DNA from: Anthoceros angustus
Taxonomy: Eukaryota; Plantae; Anthocerotophyta
NCBI GenBank assembly: GCA_010909165.1
Contig: MU008207.1
Span: 62,001 to 126,000 of the forward strand
Direction of reading: 5' to 3'
DNA length: 64,000 nt
Shown in pieces: positions 52,157-64,000 of this stretch. A program made the translations under genes and the position numbers. The notes beneath the pieces are model-generated. The model was not told where the DNA came from and searched no databases. It saw only the letters and a list, made by a program, of their open reading frames with translations. How positions within the stretch are numbered: position 1 is the first letter of the stretch; every line of letters begins with the position of its first letter.

Positions 52157-55100
52157 TCCTCCTGTTGCTTGTCAATTTCAAGCCCGAGACCGAAAAACCG
52201 ATGCAAATTCAAATATAAGCCCGCCAAGTCAAGTAGATACGGGACTACCTGGTGTGGTCTGTTTGTGAACATACACCTGTAGGTATGTACCACCTACTAT
52301 ATGTAGGTAACAATATTTCCACTCCATCTCAAAGTTTTACAACAAAGAACAACGGGTGTACTTTAGGCATAAAATATAAAGCTAAGATATATTTTGTGTA
52401 AAAAAATTAAGATAGGTGATTCATCCACTCGTTGATATGTGCGCAAATGGCTTAGGACAAATGGACACACACATATTTATAAGGACACTGATGTTAAGCT
52501 TCTTAAGCTTAGATTAGTACTTTGATGGGGTGTCTCGAGGGAGTGGATGCCCTTAGTGCAAGTAGCTTAGACACATACCTAGACATGCTACCTATAGGGA
52601 GTGGATGTCTTGGTGCAAGTAGCTTAGTATACCATGGCACAAGTAGTTAAGTACCAAGTCCCACGATAGAAACAATTTTGTCCCATGATAAAAACAATTC
52701 CGTCTCAATAGACTATGATAGACTTCTTCTTCTTCTTCAATTCTTATAAGCATGTAGCTGCTAAGCATCCTGCACTTAGATTAGTACTTAGATAGACTGC
52801 TTAGAAGGAGTAAATGCCCTTGGTGCAAGTAGCTTAGGCACACCATGATACAAGTCGTTACGTACTTAGATGGGGTGCCTATAGGAATGAATTGGTGCAA
52901 GAGGCTAAGACATGATAAAATACTAGTCTGGCACCCTACGGGGTAGGTAGGCAGTCTAGAAATCCTAAGAATTAAATAATTCTTAGAGTATTAGGTAGTC
53001 ATTATTTTAGTTAATTGGTTATGTTGGTTAGAACAACCTATAATGACCTAATGTATATGAACACTTCTGCTTTTCTATTATGAATCTAATGCTAGAAATA
53101 CTTTGAGCAAGTGATGATTCTCATCAAGATACATCATGGTACAAGTTGTTAAGTACTTAATAGGGGTGCTTAGAGGGAGTAGAAACCCAGTTGCCTCATT
53201 TGTTCGTTGATGGTCAATCTGCAATCGTTCACCCAAGCCTTCGCTGTCATCCCTACCTGCCGAGGTCATGGCGAAATTGGTAGCGATTGATTGTTGGTTA
53301 GAGCTTATGGTGGCGGCTTTGAACTATGGCGGCTTTGCTGCCATTTAGCGGTTTTGGTTATGGATTTATGATGTGCTTTTCGCTATCATCGCCGCCTTGC
53401 AAAGGTCTCGGGAGAATCGGTAGCGGTTGTTGGTTGGAGCTTGAGGTGGCGGGTTTGAACTATGGCGGCTTTGCTACTATTTAGCAGCTTTTGTTATTGA
53501 TCCATGATAGGCTTGACTTTGCCTAGAAGAAAGTATTCTTGAGATAGTCCCTTAGAGCTTTTAGTGGGGGCTTCTAATATTTGTTAACTATCTAAAGGAA
53601 AGAGAAGAATGCTAAGAAGCGGAAGAAGCTCCTTGATTTAGGAAGCTGCATGAAGCCATTTCAAGATCGAGCCATACAAGCTAAGCAGCAAGTCATAGAG
53701 GCTTAACCGAAAGTGGAATGGGGCAAAACTGGAGTGATACGGGCCAAGGAAAAAGGCTATAATACTCTATAGTAAATGATAAATTTGGGATCTCGAATTC
53801 GACCTTTTGAATTGAGCTACTTAGCAACGTTTAATAGGCAATGTTTGGTAAGCAAAGTGAACAAATATTGCCAAGAGTTTGATCCTTGACACGCCATAAT
53901 TAGGACTATACCGTGCTATTATGTTGTTGTAATTGATGAAATAAAAATCATTTGTTGTACTATTCGTTAGGCCTTATTTCATTAGGTCAAGGGTCACTTA
54001 ATTTATTAATGACCAAAGCAGAAGTTAATTACCAAGGTAATTATAATAAACTTCATTTCATAGATCTTACAATTAAAACTCCATGAACCTTAAAGCATTC
54101 ATGATCTCTTAGAGCAATCCATGACTCTCATATCAATGCATAAGAGTAAAGGTTGCAACTTTGGAAACTCAAGGATGATAGCATAACCGGGTATAGCCTC
54201 TCACTATGCTTGGCTATATTTCTCCCTGAGAATATTTGTCTCTTGTTCCTATTCTAAATAAGAACATGGTGGCGATAACCGGTGCACGATCCCTTGCTTT
54301 ACGACAACCCTCCTATAGTTGCGCACTGAGTATAGTGGATCTAGTCGAATCTGAGTGCAACAAAGGGTGTATCCATCATCATAATGAGATACCTCACACC
54401 ACAAAAGTTCTCTCGTCAGGATCACGTCTTCAGAGATAAAGGTGTTGAAGCTAAAGGTCGTTACTACTAATTTAGATTATCTAGTTATTAACTATTAGAA
54501 ATTAAGCTTTTGGAGTAATTAGTTACTTAGTTATTTAGTTAACCACTTACCTAATTATATATAGAAGTGAGACGAAGTGATAAAAACGAATGAACGATTA
54601 TTCATTAGGGTCTATTTCATCAGTTCAATTACCACTTAATAAATTAATGACTAAGCCGAAGTTAGTTGGTAAGGTAGTTATAACAAACTTCTTCTCATAT
54701 CCTACAATTAGATCTACTTGAACATTTATTTTTATATTTATTTCATTATCGATTAGAGCAATCCATAAATCTCATAAGTAATGTTGTCCATTCTATAGAG
54801 CGTAATAAAAAGGGTATCTCGCATTCTCAAGGGTATCTCGCATTCTTGTACGAGATGATTGTCATGCTTTAGCCAATCTTGCTTTAAGATATCTTATCTT
54901 ATTACATTGGGTAATCATTCCTAATTGTACTTTCTTCTTGCAATTACCCTGGTTCTGATAATGACATTTTGAGAAGATAGGCTCTATGTTAGATATCCTG
55001 AGATCCTCCTCTTTCTATGCCCTAATCCAAATTCTTAATTTCTTTTCAATTTTCAATCACCAATTATGATTTCCATCATGAAAATTGTTTTGACTTCTTT

Positions 55101-57484
55101 CCTGAACATTTCATTCACAAACTTACCAACTTATTAAAAATTAGTTACTTTTCTCTTCGTTTCACTTAATTACTGTTGTTCATTAATGAATTTAACTAAT
55201 GAACATGTTTGTATTATCAAACATATGAGCATGATTAATTCATCTTTTATTAATCATATATATGTTTAGAAAATGGAAAGATAGCCGCGCCGCGCGCCTA
55301 TCCCATCTGATGCTGTCAATGGCGCCTTCTGTGGGGGCGCCCTTGATGCTGCCCTTGATGCTGCCCTTGGTGCTGCCCTTGGTACGGTTTTCCCCCTTTC
55401 TTTTAGCCAATTGATGAGGACCTATCGGAAAAGACTCTGCTAAGTATAGACAGGCAAGTCAAACACATTCGTTTTTTCTTGATACTGATTCTTCTCCTCC
55501 TTGGACAAAATCTTGAATGTGTATTTCTTCTCAAATGCATCTACTACCTTGTCTAATTTGGGCTTAAATGAGCCCAACTGCTATAAGGTGCTTATACTTA
55601 TTTCTACTATAGTGCACCTTAGAACTCGCACAAAGGAGTCTTGCACGCCTGAGAACTGGGACGAGAAAAGCTATAAACTATAGTTAAAATCAACGCCACC
55701 TTTGGTAAGCATATCTATCAAGGGACATAACACAGAACTAAATCTTTTGTGGATCATTATTTTTGTAAGTTGCCGAGTACTTGTCCATTTACCTTGTGGA
55801 AGTAATTGTTCAGGATCATAGCAATAACATGATCATAATATGAGGATAGCATATTTATAACTCTTAGCATCGGTACTCTAGGCATCATTGGCACTCTCAT
55901 CAAAGGATGTGGGTGCGGTATTGTGGTGGGTTTTAAGCAGACGTATTTGGGATGATGACGGAGTGCTAGGAGCGGTAGTAGAATGTTAAGAATGCAACAG
56001 CGTGCTAGGGATGGCAGCTTGGGAAAGGTGTCATGGGTTCTTGACAATAACATAACCTATGGCGAATAATAAAACATTCTTTTGATATGATTATCAAGTT
56101 ACATGCTCTGTGCTGCACATCACCAATGCAGCAAAGCATTCTTTTGAAAATAATGAGTCATTAACTGATCTAGCCACATCTTAAGTTGCTTTCTCGTCAA
56201 TTAAATTATAACACTTTGAATCCATAATTCACAAGGTAACAAACAAAAGCCACAAATTCAATAGAACAATCCTACTTTAAGGTTTTGCATTTAAAGTTAC
56301 AAAATATGAAAGTTATGCTTGCATTGCAATTCTTCTTACACTTATTACGCAAGAACTTTCAAAGAATGTTTTTTCAGATACAGCCAACATCTTAACAATT
56401 GTTTTCTAACAATCAAATGGGAAGATGTACTAAGACGAATCTTGTTAGATCCCTGAGAAGGATTCTTTCGATTCTTATTCGAAAATGATTTGTTCTTTTG
56501 CTGAAACAAACATAACGCGCTCTCCTCCATGTTAAGACGTTCCATTGTTGAACTTCACACCTTCCTCTTATAGGAGAGCACCAATGATCTCAAAAATAAT
56601 TATGTTGTGGGCTATCTTGGAACCCGCTTGAACTGCTTGGTGAGCAAGTCTCACCGTTTGATTTTGTGGAGAGAAAAAATTTTGAAAGCTAGCCGGCAAG
56701 TTAGACCGAAGTTAAACCGTAGCTTGAGATTCTGAAATTAAAATTTCACGTGATGCAAGCTGGGGGCGTAATATCTTCTCTTACCATATTGAGCAACACT
56801 ATTTAAAGGTTCAATGTTTAAAGAATAAAATTTGGTGATGTGATATCCCGATGTGTGGCCTTTGCTTTTTGTGGATTACTAAAACTGTATGGTTTGGTAG
56901 GTAATGACAAATGTTTGGGAACCATATCTTTTCCACAGAGGGTTACCGCAATCCTATTTTTGGCATAAGAGAAGATATAGGCATACTCGGACAGCATTTA
57001 CTTGCAAGTAGTCTTACAAAAACTACAAACCTAATCTACCTAGACGAAAAGCGGGATGCTAATGCCAAGGGTCCTATGTCTGCCAAAAGACTGGGATCCA
57101 CATGGTGTGGCTAGGATGTGAGCTGTGTAAGGAATATGAAGAGTACACTTAGCACACCTACCGCAAGTGCCTTAAGTGTCATGGGATAATTTAAACTAGT
57201 ATTTAATAATTATTTATATTATTTCTTAGATATAGTTTACTATTATTTACTTAGCTGTATGGACATTTAACGTGGAAGCTAGAGAATACTATGAGGGTTA
57301 TTTAGAGATAGAGGATGAAATTGAATATATAAACAAAGTTTGGCGCTAAGATACTAAGGTTAACTTAAGTCTGCTAATCAAATTGTTGATTCTAGTTTGC
57401 TAAGTAAAGGAGGTTTGGACTTAATATCAAGTATATCTAAAGTTTTCATGTACTTACTATATAATTCCCGACCAAGGGATTTAG
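51924..57484 (+). repeat. Segmental duplication copy B
   Basis: Paralog of 1-13571 lacking the gypsy insertion. Confidence 0.93.
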
Positions 57485-57659
57485 TTAATAAATCAGTTGG
57501 GTTTTCTTGAGTTTGGACGTAGTTAATATCCAGAGTCTTATTTTCCAACAATTCACTTTACTCTTAATTCAATTGTATTGTAGCACTTTGTGCCTAAGAG
57601 CTATTGATTCTCTTCAATATTTATCGTCATGGATGGGTCCGTTTTGTAGTAGTGGATAT

Positions 57660-58400
57660 GCTTCACCTCCTACTCCAGCTCAATGACTTGTTTATGGCTT
57701 CATCATCATCTTCTCTGCAAGTTGAAATTAAGGCTTGGTTAAGTGGTCATTTTGAGATGACTAATTTAGGAGAGATGGCATACACACTTGGCGTTAATAT
57801 TATTCAAGATAGAAGCAATAAAACTTTAGATATAGTTCGAACTAAGTACATAAAGGACAGCTTAGACAAATATGTACTTGAGGACGTAAAGCATGCCCCT
57901 ACTCCTTTTGCTAGCAGTATACGACTTACCTCATATATGAGTCTTAAGACGGAGGCGGATAAATTGGAGGTGTCAATAGTTTCATGCAGACATGCTATCA
58001 ACACTCTCATATATTTAAGTAATTTTACAAGGCCAGACATATCTTTTGAAGCTAACTCTTGTTCATAATTTGTGGAGATTCTTGGATGGGAACATTGGAT
58101 GTTAGAAAAACGCATATTCAAATATCTCAAAGGTACTATGTACTAAGGGCTAATGTACAACCACACACTTGACATAGATAAGCTAATTTTAACAACATAT
58201 GGTGACGCCGACTATGTTGACGATCCCGACACACGGAAATTCGTATCAGGTTATGCGCTTTTTCTAGGCAAGGCTCCTATCTCCTCCTGGTCAAGTAAGA
58301 AACAAATGATCACTTCCTTATCTAGCAATGAGTCAGATTATAGAGTACTGTCTTCAGTTGTCAAGGACATTGTTTAAGGTAGGTTAGCCTTAAGTGAGCT
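57660..58400 (+). pseudogene. Ty1/copia RT/RNase H remnant
   Basis: FEMTNLGEMAYTLG, TRPDIS, YGDADY, WSSKKQ. Similar to the minus-strand pol at 60343-61605. Confidence 0.85.
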
Positions 58401-58925
58401 TAATCACCCCCAAAATAGTGCAAGCCTTTATATAGGCTAGGTGGTTAGGTGGTTAAGTGGTTACAACCATAAGTTGTTGTAACCACTAGGTAGTTGCAAC
58501 TAATATAACAACTAACTGCCTAGAGCAACTAATTATGTGACTACTTAATGCCCTAGATGGAAACTAATGTTTAAGTAAAGGTGCCCTAATGAATAGTGCC
58601 CTAAACCTACATATATTTCATCATTCCCACTCACTATGAATGTAGGGGTGAAAACTAGCTTTAAAATGAGGCCTATAACATAAGTAGGCTCTCACTAAAT
58701 CAAAAGTTATAAGCTTAAGAAAAATAACTAAATTCTACTTAAGGATTTAATAACCCAAGAGAGAAATAAGCCTAAACTAAATGCTGAATAAGCAAAGTAA
58801 ATAGGCCAACCATCATCGCTACCCGCTACCACGGGCACCTCGCGAAGAGTGGGCGCGCCCACGCGCACGCCGCGCGCGCTGTATGGTATCACGCGCCCAC
58901 GATCCGGACCTGGCCATGATTTTGC

Positions 58926-60167
58926 GTGGCCATTCACTGATGTCCATGCCGATGCCGGGCTCCAAGCTTCCGCAAATGCTGGTGCTGAAAATCCTGGGAG
59001 TCCCGTGTATCAAGTTGGTGACGAAGCCGAAGATGCGGATGCCGAGCTTGATTTTCTCAATATCCAGACCAGAATCTGCAGATCCGAACTTGTTGTAGAA
59101 AATCTTGGAGCTTCTCCTTCCAAAAGTGAGTTCCATAAAATACCTTATTTTGGTATTTCGTAATTACCAAAAATTGCCTTACATTTTCCATTTTTATTTA
59201 ATGCCTTCTCCTAATGTCGTTTGTCGATATTAGGTGTTACCAAAAATGATGGCGTCGGTGTCGATACTCCTCGGGTTCGTCCGCCCCGGTACCTTGCTAA
59301 TGGTGATCTGTTCCTATCGGATGATGAAGTCTCTTGCCAGCAATCTTCGCCGACGCCATCAAGGAGTCAAAGTGAAGATAATCTTGTGCCGGACCTGCCC
59401 TATTTTCTCAGGCTCCCTACTTCTCCGTCTAAGTCACCAATGTCGGCAGATCCGCATGGGTATGATGACTTCAATGTGGAGTTTGATGAGGATGAATTTA
59501 CCGCTGATTCGATGAAGACCGGAGTGACTTCTCGCCAAGCAGTGTGTGAAGGCAGCCCAAGTTGGAGGTGTCTATCATGTGCTGATGGAGAGTTCGGGGA
59601 CGCTAGTAGAGCCGACGCCCTCAACAAGCTTGTCTCAGGTAAGCCTGCTTGCATGGTTATGAAAGCATAGAAACATAACACCATGTTTTCTGATGATGAT
59701 GTCCATTGCAGATTGGGAATCTGGCAGGTCTCAACCAGAAGTGGCCAAGAAGATGATGGACATAGGAGCATAGTGTAGTGAGAAGATATGTGAGTGCAAA
59801 TGCTGGGAGTGAAGATAGGAAATGGTTGCCTTCATATGTAAACTGCTAGCATCCCATAAATAATGGAAAAACTATTTTGATTGCAGATGTGGATAAATGT
59901 GTTACAAGCCACGTGAGGTTTGCTATCCCACTACGTGCATCCCATGAAGAGGCAGGTACAGGGAAGAAAGTACCTGATTCCTATCTACCAACCGGGAATC
60001 TATTTAAAGCTACCTACCTTATATTCCCAGGAAGTCCTAAAGATCATGAGGCTCCCACTGAGTACATATGCCACAAGAAGGGAATAAAAATGGTGTGGGT
60101 AGGTGCTTCCCCATGTGAAGAGTATGAAGGACATTCCAAGCAGCTTTATAGTAAGTTGACTAACTAG
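58926..60167 (+). pseudogene. Putative spliced antisense gene of unknown function within the copia 3' region; start uncertain
   Basis: GT-AG introns 59126-59233 and 59639-59711 join open frames in matching phase 1. A further acceptor at 59887 leads into ORF 59877-60167. Stops are present in exon 3. Confidence 0.5.
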
Positions 60168-60342
60168 TTAGTAACTTAAGCATTTTATATTATTTCCAAA
60201 CTTGACCACTAAGTTCTATGTATAGGATCTGTTTGGGCATTGGAGTGGGAAGCTAAGGAGTACAGTGAGGACTACTTAGAACTAGAGGCAGAACTTGAAA
60301 TGTTGGATCAACTTTGTGGCTTGTAGTATTACATTAGTTCCA

Positions 60343-61605
60343 CTAGCTAGCTAAGTTAATCTTGACCTCATGTATTCCTAAACTTTTCATGTGTTTGAGA
60401 TGTAAGTCCCTGCCCAATGACTTGGTTAATAAATTGGCTGGGTTTTCCTGAGTTTTTATGTAATTTATATCTATGGACTTATTTTCTAGCATTTCGCGAA
60501 TGTAATGATACTCAACTGCTATATGCTTAGTTCTTGAGTGGAAGACAGGGTTTCTAGCTAAGGCTTTAGCCCCCTGACTATCACTGAATAGAGATGTGGG
60601 CTCATTTTGAGGATAGTTAAGCTCGCCTACTGCTAACCTACTCCAGACTATATCTTTTGAGACTGAGGTTAGAACCCTATACTCTGACTCAGTGCTTGAC
60701 AAAGCAATAGTTGGTTGTTTCTTACTTGACCATGAGATGGGAGCTCCTCCAAGCAATAAGACGTAGCCGGATACATATTTACGGCTGTCTGGGTCTCTGG
60801 CATAATCAGCATCAGGATATGCTCTTAAGTTTAACTTAGATATGCCAGATGTATGCTTATACATCAATCCTGTGTGCATGGTCCCCTTGAGATATCTGAA
60901 TATCCATTTGACGCATTGCCAATGTTGTCTTCCAGGATTCTCCAAGAATTGTGAGACTGCACTAACTTCAAAAGATATGTCTGCTCTAGTGAAGTTGCTT
61001 AAGTATATTAAAGTACCAACATCATGTCTGTATGGTATTGCTGACATTTCTTCTTTCTCAGCATTTGTCTTAGGGCTCATGTCTGAAGTGAGCCTAGTGC
61101 CACTAGGAAATGGTGTGGCAGCAGGTTTAGCGTCCTCAAGTCCAAACTTGGCTAAACTTTCTTTTATATACTTTGTCTGAACTAGGCTGATGGATTTATT
61201 GCCTCTTTCCCTTATGATATTGACGCCAAGGGCATAAGTCAGCTCTCCCAAGTCCGTCATTTCATAGTGAATGCTTAACCAAGCTTTGACTTCAGCTAGG
61301 TGGGAGAGTGAAGATGAAGCTAAGAATAAGTCATCCACATAAAGTAAGAGGTAAAGTGAATGATGTTTTGACTTTAAGATATACATACTTGCATAAGCTT
61401 TGCTTTGTATAAAACCATATTTGATAAGCTTGTCATGTATATCCTTGTTCCATTCCTTTCCAGACTGCTTTAGACCATAGAGACCTTTGATTAGCCTACA
61501 GACCATATCTTCTTTGCCTTTGACCTCATAACCCTCAGCTTGTTTCATGTATATTTCTTCTTGAATGCGTCCATGCAAATAAGCAGTTGTGATGTCCAAA
61601 GGCAA
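60343..61605 (-). CDS. pol: copia pol fragment (RT-RNase H)
   Basis: LDITTAYLHG, LYGLKQSG, YVDDL, YPDADYA, SDSQGA, RTKHI. Frameshifted continuation to ~61940. Confidence 0.93.
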   Translation of the reverse strand: MPLDITTAYLHGRIQEEIYMKQAEGYEVKGKEDMVCRLIKGLYGLKQSGKEWNKDIHDKLIKYGFIQSKAYASMYILKSKHHSLYLLLYVDDLFLASSSLSHLAEVKAWLSIHYEMTDLGELTYALGVNIIRERGNKSISLVQTKYIKESLAKFGLEDAKPAATPFPSGTRLTSDMSPKTNAEKEEMSAIPYRHDVGTLIYLSNFTRADISFEVSAVSQFLENPGRQHWQCVKWIFRYLKGTMHTGLMYKHTSGISKLNLRAYPDADYARDPDSRKYVSGYVLLLGGAPISWSSKKQPTIALSSTESEYRVLTSVSKDIVWSRLAVGELNYPQNEPTSLFSDSQGAKALARNPVFHSRTKHIAVEYHYIREMLENKSIDINYIKTQENPANLLTKSLGRDLHLKHMKSLGIHEVKINLAS

Positions 61606-61942
61606 TTATTATTCTTAAGGAGGCAAATTTTGCTACTGGAGCATGTAAGTGGCTCAGGGTATGTAATCTAAACCCGGTATTTGGGTGAAGCCTCTGGTTA
61701 CTAGTCTTGCTTTATATCTCTCAATGGAACCATCACCCTTGCATTTGATCTTGAATACCTATTTGCTCCCAACAACTATTTTTCTCCCTTTGGGTGGTTT
61801 GACTAATTCCCATGTGGAGTTCTTAATTAGGGAGTCATACTCAGAGTCCACTGCGGCTTTCCATAAGTCCTTCTTAGGAGAGGAAAAAGCTTGTTTCAAG
61901 GTTTGTGGCTCTTCAGGATCAACTGTGGCTTTGTAAACAGCT

Positions 61943-62203
61943 TGATGAAAATGGAAGAAAGGTGAGGATGAAGGATCGTGTGGCAGCACATGATGGTGGA
62001 AAGAGGAGAAGAGAGGAGGAGGCAAGTGTAGCTCTCTCACATTGAGATGAGGCTTGGAGGGTATTTATACCTCCAATAGGGCTCCACAGAAGGAGCACAA
62101 GAAGCTTCCTAGTGATTAGCTTGCTAAACTAATGATACTTAATCGACACCTAACTTAGACTAAGTGTATTAGTCTAAGTACATTGGGCTTTAATACCCTT
62201 ACA
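61943..62203 (-). repeat. 3' LTR of a second copia element nested in the first
   Basis: TG...CA ends. PPT aagtgggaggt (minus) at 62204-62214. Interrupts the first pol. Confidence 0.75.
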
Positions 62204-62248
62204 ACCTCCCACTTAAAAGCCAATTTACCTTCAGGAGAATGGACTATC

Positions 62249-63395
62249 TCATGCCCATCGTCCGAGCTTGTGCAAATTGTCTGTAGAGAGTCCCTTGGTA
62301 AGAATATCTACAGGGTTCTGGCTGGTGTGAACCTTGACAAGGTGTACCCTCTTGTCATCTAACACCTCTCGAATGAAGTGATACTTCACATCCACATGTT
62401 TAGTCTTCGCATGAAACATCGGATTCTTTGCCAATTGATAGCACTGCTATCACAATGCAACACCGGCAACCAACCTTGATCCCCAAGTCTCCCACTAAAC
62501 GAGCAAGCCATATGGCTTCCTTGCAAGCCCCGCTGTCGCAACATACTCTGTGGTAGATAGCGAATGCACGATCGCAAACGAGATCGCCATGAGATCGCCT
62601 CCAAAGGCACATGAAGACATAACTCGATGTGGACCTCCTTTTGTCCATATCCCTGCATAATCGGCATCATGTACCCAACCACATGCATCTTCACTACCAA
62701 AACATATGCACAAAGCTTTTGTACCATTCGGATACCTCATAACTCCTTTTATCGCCTCCCAATGCTTCTTGCTGTGGTTTGACATAAACTCGCTAACCAC
62801 TCCCACCGCAAAGGCAATGTCGACGTAGCAATCATTGCATACATCAAACTCCCTACATGATGAGTATGGGACCTTCTCCATTTCAACTTTGTCCTCCTCG
62901 TAGCTTGGGCAATCCGCTTGAAAGTTTCACATATGGAGGCAATGGAGTACCCAATGGCTTCCCCTTCTCCATGTTGAAACGTTGAAGCACCCTGTTAATG
63001 TATTCCGTCTCGAGACAAATAAAGCGACGCTATGTCTCGAATACGCATGCCAAGTATATGGCTCGCCTCTCCCAAGTCTCGCTATTTCAAAGTGAGCATT
63101 CAACTTTGACTTCAACAAATCTCATCAAGATCGCTCCCAAAGAATTAGCATATCATCCACATAGAGGATCAAAATGAGCAAGCTTTGATCCTTAGCTTGC
63201 TTCAGATAGAGGCAATGATCCTCATCGCCACGCTTGTAGCCTTGAGAAAGCATAAATGAGTGGAACTTGTGATACCACTGGTGCCTGCTTCAAACCATAA
63301 AGGCTCTTCCTCAACCTCGCACACCGATGCTCTTTGCCCTTCTCAACAAAACCTTCCGTTGTCGCAGACGCCCTCTTGAAGGTCACCATGCAAGA
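62249..63395 (-). pseudogene. Second copia pol remnant
   Basis: LYGLKQA, LYVDDMLI, HWEAIKGVMRY, HAKTKHVDVKYHFIRE, NPVDILTK. Confidence 0.88.
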
Positions 63396-63419
63396 ATATT
63401 ATTCAAGAATATCTCCTTT

Positions 63420-64000
63420 TCATAAGTGGGGTACTTCGGCTTGAGATCGATATTGCAATTGGCGGAGTGCTCATGCAAGAAGGTAGGCCGGTGGCTTACG
63501 AATCAAGGAAGTTGCATGAACATGAAAAGGAAGTACCCACTTATGAAAAGGAGATGATCCGCCATCAATTGTCTCAAGATTTGGAGACATTATCTTCTAG
63601 GAAGATCTTTTGCCGCATACGACAATGTAAGCACGAGCTTCTTTACAAATCAGCGACTAAGCGCAAGGCAGCTAGATGGCAAGATTTCCTAGCAATGTAT
63701 GATGTGTCTATCAAGTACAAGCCGTGGAAGGAGAATCTCGTGGCGTATGCTTTGAGTCGCAAGGTAGTTTAAGTTTGATAACCGCTTATCAAGAGGCCTA
63801 AGCTAGCCGCAATACGTATGGTGATTGAGCCAAGGACACTCACACGCAGATCAAGGAAGCTTATCTGCGAGATCCATTAGCATGTGATTGGATCAATGAA
63901 GTGGAGCAACCAGGATCTAAGTTTAAGCTTAGGGATGGCTTGTTGGTGTTCAAGCAAAACAGGATTATAATTCCTGATCCTTATGTGTTGAGAAGGAAGT
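63420..64000 (+). pseudogene. Ty3/gypsy RNase H remnant, running off the right edge
   Basis: GVLMQEGRPVAYESRKL, TYEKEM, ARWQDFL, IKYKP..N.VA.ALSR. Confidence 0.85.

Larger units (their letters stand above)
58425..61942 (-). mobile_element. 3' part of a Ty1/copia element: pol, 1.7-kb 3' region, PPT and partial 3' LTR
   Basis: pol ends at 60343. PPT-like agtgagtgggaa followed by TGATGAAA (minus) at 58623. Left limit approximate. Confidence 0.7.

Overview
Eukaryotic, intron-containing plant-type DNA, probably a seed-free land plant (inference). It carries many small indels and noisy local tandem duplications typical of an unpolished long-read assembly. Host genes, all on the minus strand: two tandem subtilases (16.5-19.8 kb, C-terminally truncated; 22.3-25.7 kb, apparently intact), a SAM/UBZ-containing SNM1-type nuclease (48.7-52.2 kb), and the 5' end of a second SNM1 copy at 1-233. 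Bases 1-13.6 kb are a paralog of 51.9-57.5 kb, which supplies empty sites. Mobile DNA includes a full-length Ty3/gypsy element (1463-7745, TSD ATGAT), a hAT-type MITE, a solo LTR with AG...CT ends, an RLE-type LINE fragment, nested copia elements, and a 21.5-kb TIR-bounded element (26502-48016). The main find is nested in that TIR element: a ~9.9-kb Ty3-like retroelement (35544-45463, minus) with the order gag-protease-C5 cytosine DNA methyltransferase-RT-RNaseH-DDE integrase-PHD finger-unknown region. It is bounded not by two LTRs but by PAT/Ngaro-style split direct repeats (A1...B1-A2-B2) that meet at a hairpin with a GGCGGTG core.
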